Below, piece by piece: positions 61,653-64,000 of a DNA stretch of 64,000 nt. The notes beneath the pieces are model-generated. The model searched no databases. It had not been told where the DNA came from and saw nothing but the letters and a program-made list of their open reading frames with translations. Positions within the stretch are counted from its first letter, which is position 1. Each line of letters opens with the position of its first letter. The stretch lies in the NCBI GenBank assembly GCA_963801355.1, contig CAWDEM010000004.1, positions 992,001 through 1,056,000 on the forward strand, given 5' to 3'. A program made the translations under genes and the position numbers. This stretch comes from Ignavibacteriota bacterium (GTDB lineage Bacteria; Bacteroidota; Ignavibacteria; UBA10030; UBA6906).

Positions 61653-62021
61653 ATGATCCAGGAAGAAACAAATCTCGTCGTGGCTGACAACTCTGGTGCC
61701 AAGAAGGTACGGTGCATCAGGGTGCTGGGCGGGTCCGACCGGCGGTATGCCGGATTGGGCGACCTGATTGTCGTGTCGGTCAAGTCCGCCATCCCCGGCG
61801 CCACGGTCAAAAAAGGGGAGGTTGCACGCGCAGTCATTGTCCGCACGCGGAAAGAGACGCGCCGTAAAGACGGTTCGTTCATCCGGTTCGATGAGAACGC
61901 CGCAGTGCTGATCAACGAGCAGGGTGAGCCGCGCGGCAGCCGCATCTTCGGGCCGGTGGCCCGCGAACTGCGCGAGAAGCAATACATGAAGATCGTCTCC
62001 CTCGCACCGGAAGTGCTATAA
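61653..62021 (+). CDS. rplN: 50S ribosomal protein L14
   Basis: [19 protein letters not shown]. Confidence 0.98.
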   Translation: MIQEETNLVVADNSGAKKVRCIRVLGGSDRRYAGLGDLIVVSVKSAIPGATVKKGEVARAVIVRTRKETRRKDGSFIRFDENAAVLINEQGEPRGSRIFGPVARELREKQYMKIVSLAPEVL

Positions 62022-62034
62022 GGAAGCAGCGCGC

Positions 62035-62358
62035 ATGAATATCAGGAAGAATGACAACGTCATTGTGATTGCCGGGAATTCCCGCGGGAAGTCCGGCAAA
62101 GTGCTCAAGGTCTACCCTGCGACGCGGCGGATCATTGTCGAAGGGGTGAATATCATGAAGCGTCACACGCGCCCCAACCAGCGCAACCCGCAGGGAGGCA
62201 TCGTGCAACGCGAAGCGCCGATCCACATGTCCAACGTGATGCTGTTGGACCCGAAGTCGAATCAGCCGACCCGGGTCGGCACCAAAGTGGTGAAAGACGA
62301 ATCCATCGGCAAGAAGCGGCGCATGCGCGTGGCAAAAGCCACGGGCGAGATGTTCTGA
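62035..62358 (+). CDS. rplX: 50S ribosomal protein L24
   Basis: [27 protein letters not shown]. Confidence 0.97.
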   Translation: MNIRKNDNVIVIAGNSRGKSGKVLKVYPATRRIIVEGVNIMKRHTRPNQRNPQGGIVQREAPIHMSNVMLLDPKSNQPTRVGTKVVKDESIGKKRRMRVAKATGEMF

Positions 62359-62397
62359 CGCCACGGTCCACAAACCATCTATTGAGCGGTCACTGGT

Positions 62398-63093
62398 ATG
62401 AGCGACGAGAAACCGAAAAAGCAGCAATCCAAGAAAGAAGCCGCACGCCCGGCGAAGGAAGCAAAACCGAAAGGGGCGCCGGCCGCAAAGGCCCCCAAGA
62501 GCACGGGCCCGAAGGAAAAAGTTGTCGCACGCCTCAGCGTCACTTATAAGAATGAGGTCGTGCCGGCGCTGATGAAGCGGTTCCAGTATTCCAACGTGAT
62601 GCAGGTGCCGCGACTCGACAAAATCGCCGTCAACATCGGCGTCGGCCAGGCAACGCAGGACCCGAAGCTGGTCGAGGCGGCGGCGAAAGACCTCGAAGCC
62701 ATCGTCGGACAGAAAGTGGTCATCACGCGCGCGAAGAAATCCATTTCAAACTTCAAACTGCGCGAGAAGATGCCCATCGGCTGCCGTGTGACACTCCGGC
62801 GGACGCACATGTATGAGTTCATGGACCGGTTCATCAGCGTCACGGTGCCGCGCCTGCGGGATTTCCGGGGTCTTCCCGACACGGCGTTCGACGGGCGGGG
62901 CAACTATACGATCGGGGTGAAGGAGCATACGATTTTCCCGGAAATAGACGTCGATAAGATTGTCCGGATCTTCGGCATGGATATCACGTTTGTGACCACG
63001 GCGAGAACCGACGAAGAGGCGTATGAACTGCTCAAGGCGTTCGGCATGCCGTTCGTCAAGCGGCAGGAAGTCCTCGCAACACCAAAAGCATAA
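62398..63093 (+). CDS. rplE: 50S ribosomal protein L5 with a basic N-terminal extension
   Basis: [33 protein letters not shown]. Confidence 0.97.
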   Translation: MSDEKPKKQQSKKEAARPAKEAKPKGAPAAKAPKSTGPKEKVVARLSVTYKNEVVPALMKRFQYSNVMQVPRLDKIAVNIGVGQATQDPKLVEAAAKDLEAIVGQKVVITRAKKSISNFKLREKMPIGCRVTLRRTHMYEFMDRFISVTVPRLRDFRGLPDTAFDGRGNYTIGVKEHTIFPEIDVDKIVRIFGMDITFVTTARTDEEAYELLKAFGMPFVKRQEVLATPKA

Positions 63094-63114
63094 GTGCACA
63101 GGAGCAGAGTCAGT

Positions 63115-63384
63115 ATGGCGAAGACCAGTTCAAAGGCACGGCAGCGCAAGCGGGAACGGCTTGTGGCAAAGTACGCGACGCTGCGCAAGGAATTGAAGGC
63201 CAAGGGTGATAATGAGGGCCTGCAGAAGCTGCCGCGCAACAGCAGTCCCACGCGTTTGCACAACCGCTGCAACGTTTCGGGGCGCCCGCGGTCGTACATG
63301 CGGAAATTCGGCCTTTCCCGCATTGCCTTCCGCGAACTCGCGCTTGAGGGGAAAATCCCCGGCGTGACAAAGGCCAGCTGGTAA
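63115..63384 (+). CDS. rpsN: 30S ribosomal protein S14, 89-aa zinc-independent form
   Basis: [33 protein letters not shown]. Confidence 0.97.
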   Translation: MAKTSSKARQRKRERLVAKYATLRKELKAKGDNEGLQKLPRNSSPTRLHNRCNVSGRPRSYMRKFGLSRIAFRELALEGKIPGVTKASW

Positions 63385-63429
63385 GCGGCACCCAATGACC
63401 GAACGTGCGAGACTGAGGAGACACCGACC

Positions 63430-63825
63430 ATGACTATGACCGATCCGGTCGCCGACTATCTGACGCGGTTGCGCAATGCTCTGCAGGCGGGCCAGAAGCG
63501 CGTCGACGTCCCGGCTTCCAACTTGAAGCGTGAAATCACCAAACTGCTGGTCGCAAGCAAGTTTATCGGCGGTTTCACGGAAACGAAAGACAGCGCGCAG
63601 GGCGTGCTGCACATTCAATTGAAATACAATGACGGCCAGCCCGTTATCAGCGGGCTCAAACGCGTGAGCCGTCCCGGCCTCCGGAAATACGTGGATTCCG
63701 GAGAGGTGCCCCGGGTGCTGGGCGGACTCGGTATCGCCCTGATCTCCACCTCGCGCGGCGTGATGACCGACAAACAGGCACGCACGCAGCGGGTCGGCGG
63801 CGAAGTGCTGTGCGAAATCTGGTAA
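63430..63825 (+). CDS. rpsH: 30S ribosomal protein S8
   Basis: TDPVADYLTRLRNA, SRPGLRKY, GGEVLC. Confidence 0.98.
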   Translation: MTMTDPVADYLTRLRNALQAGQKRVDVPASNLKREITKLLVASKFIGGFTETKDSAQGVLHIQLKYNDGQPVISGLKRVSRPGLRKYVDSGEVPRVLGGLGIALISTSRGVMTDKQARTQRVGGEVLCEIW

Positions 63826-63841
63826 CGAAGGAGATTCTGCA

Positions 63842-64000
63842 GTGTCACGGATAGGCAAAAAACCTGTAGCGATCGTCAAGGGTGTCAACGTGCACCTGGC
63901 GGGACGCGAGATCAAGATCACCGGGCCCAAGGGTGAGCTCACAGCAACCGTGCATCCCGACATCTCCGTCGAAGTGGCGGACGGCCAGGTGCTCGTCAAG
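63842..64000 (+). CDS. rplF: 50S ribosomal protein L6, 3'-truncated by the window edge
   Basis: GTG start after GGAG; MSRIGKKPV...GPKGEL. Confidence 0.95.
   Translation, partial: MSRIGKKPVAIVKGVNVHLAGREIKITGPKGELTATVHPDISVEVADGQVLVK

Overview
GC-rich bacterial chromosome segment. Protein sequences, E. coli-type -35/-10 promoters and Shine-Dalgarno use point to an Ignavibacteriae/Chlorobi-like member of the Bacteroidota superphylum (inference, no database search run). 1-5.9 kb: an unusual type IV pilus locus (PilT-family ATPase with an altered Asp box, PilM-PilN fusion, PilO-PilP-like fusion, minimal secretin, Ig-like lipoprotein). 6-21.8 kb: uvrA, an outer-membrane beta-barrel, rlmI, HAD hydrolase, Gfo/Idh/MocA oxidoreductase, CCA enzyme and a TolC-MacA-ATPase-two-permease-Sel1 operon. 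21.8-34.6 kb, minus strand: a five-gene operon of unknown function ending in an atypical hybrid kinase; an ECF sigma / zinc anti-sigma / TPR-HEAT / tandem-PDZ module with a promoter motif repeated twice; and an EthD / beta-propeller / DUF1573 operon. Then glnE and DUF2723. From 39.7 kb: the tRNA-rpmG-secE-nusG-rplKAJL-rpoBC-str-S10-spc supercluster, cut off inside rplF. No transposase, prophage or CRISPR array seen. Best leads: the ECF module and its GTGTCAACC-N14-GGTGTC motif; the fused pilus machine; in-frame degenerate copies of an OMP C-terminus lying after its stop codon, next to a palindrome and RNA hairpin; heptamer-built hairpins in tRNA spacers; and RpoB with Asn at the E. coli H526 position.
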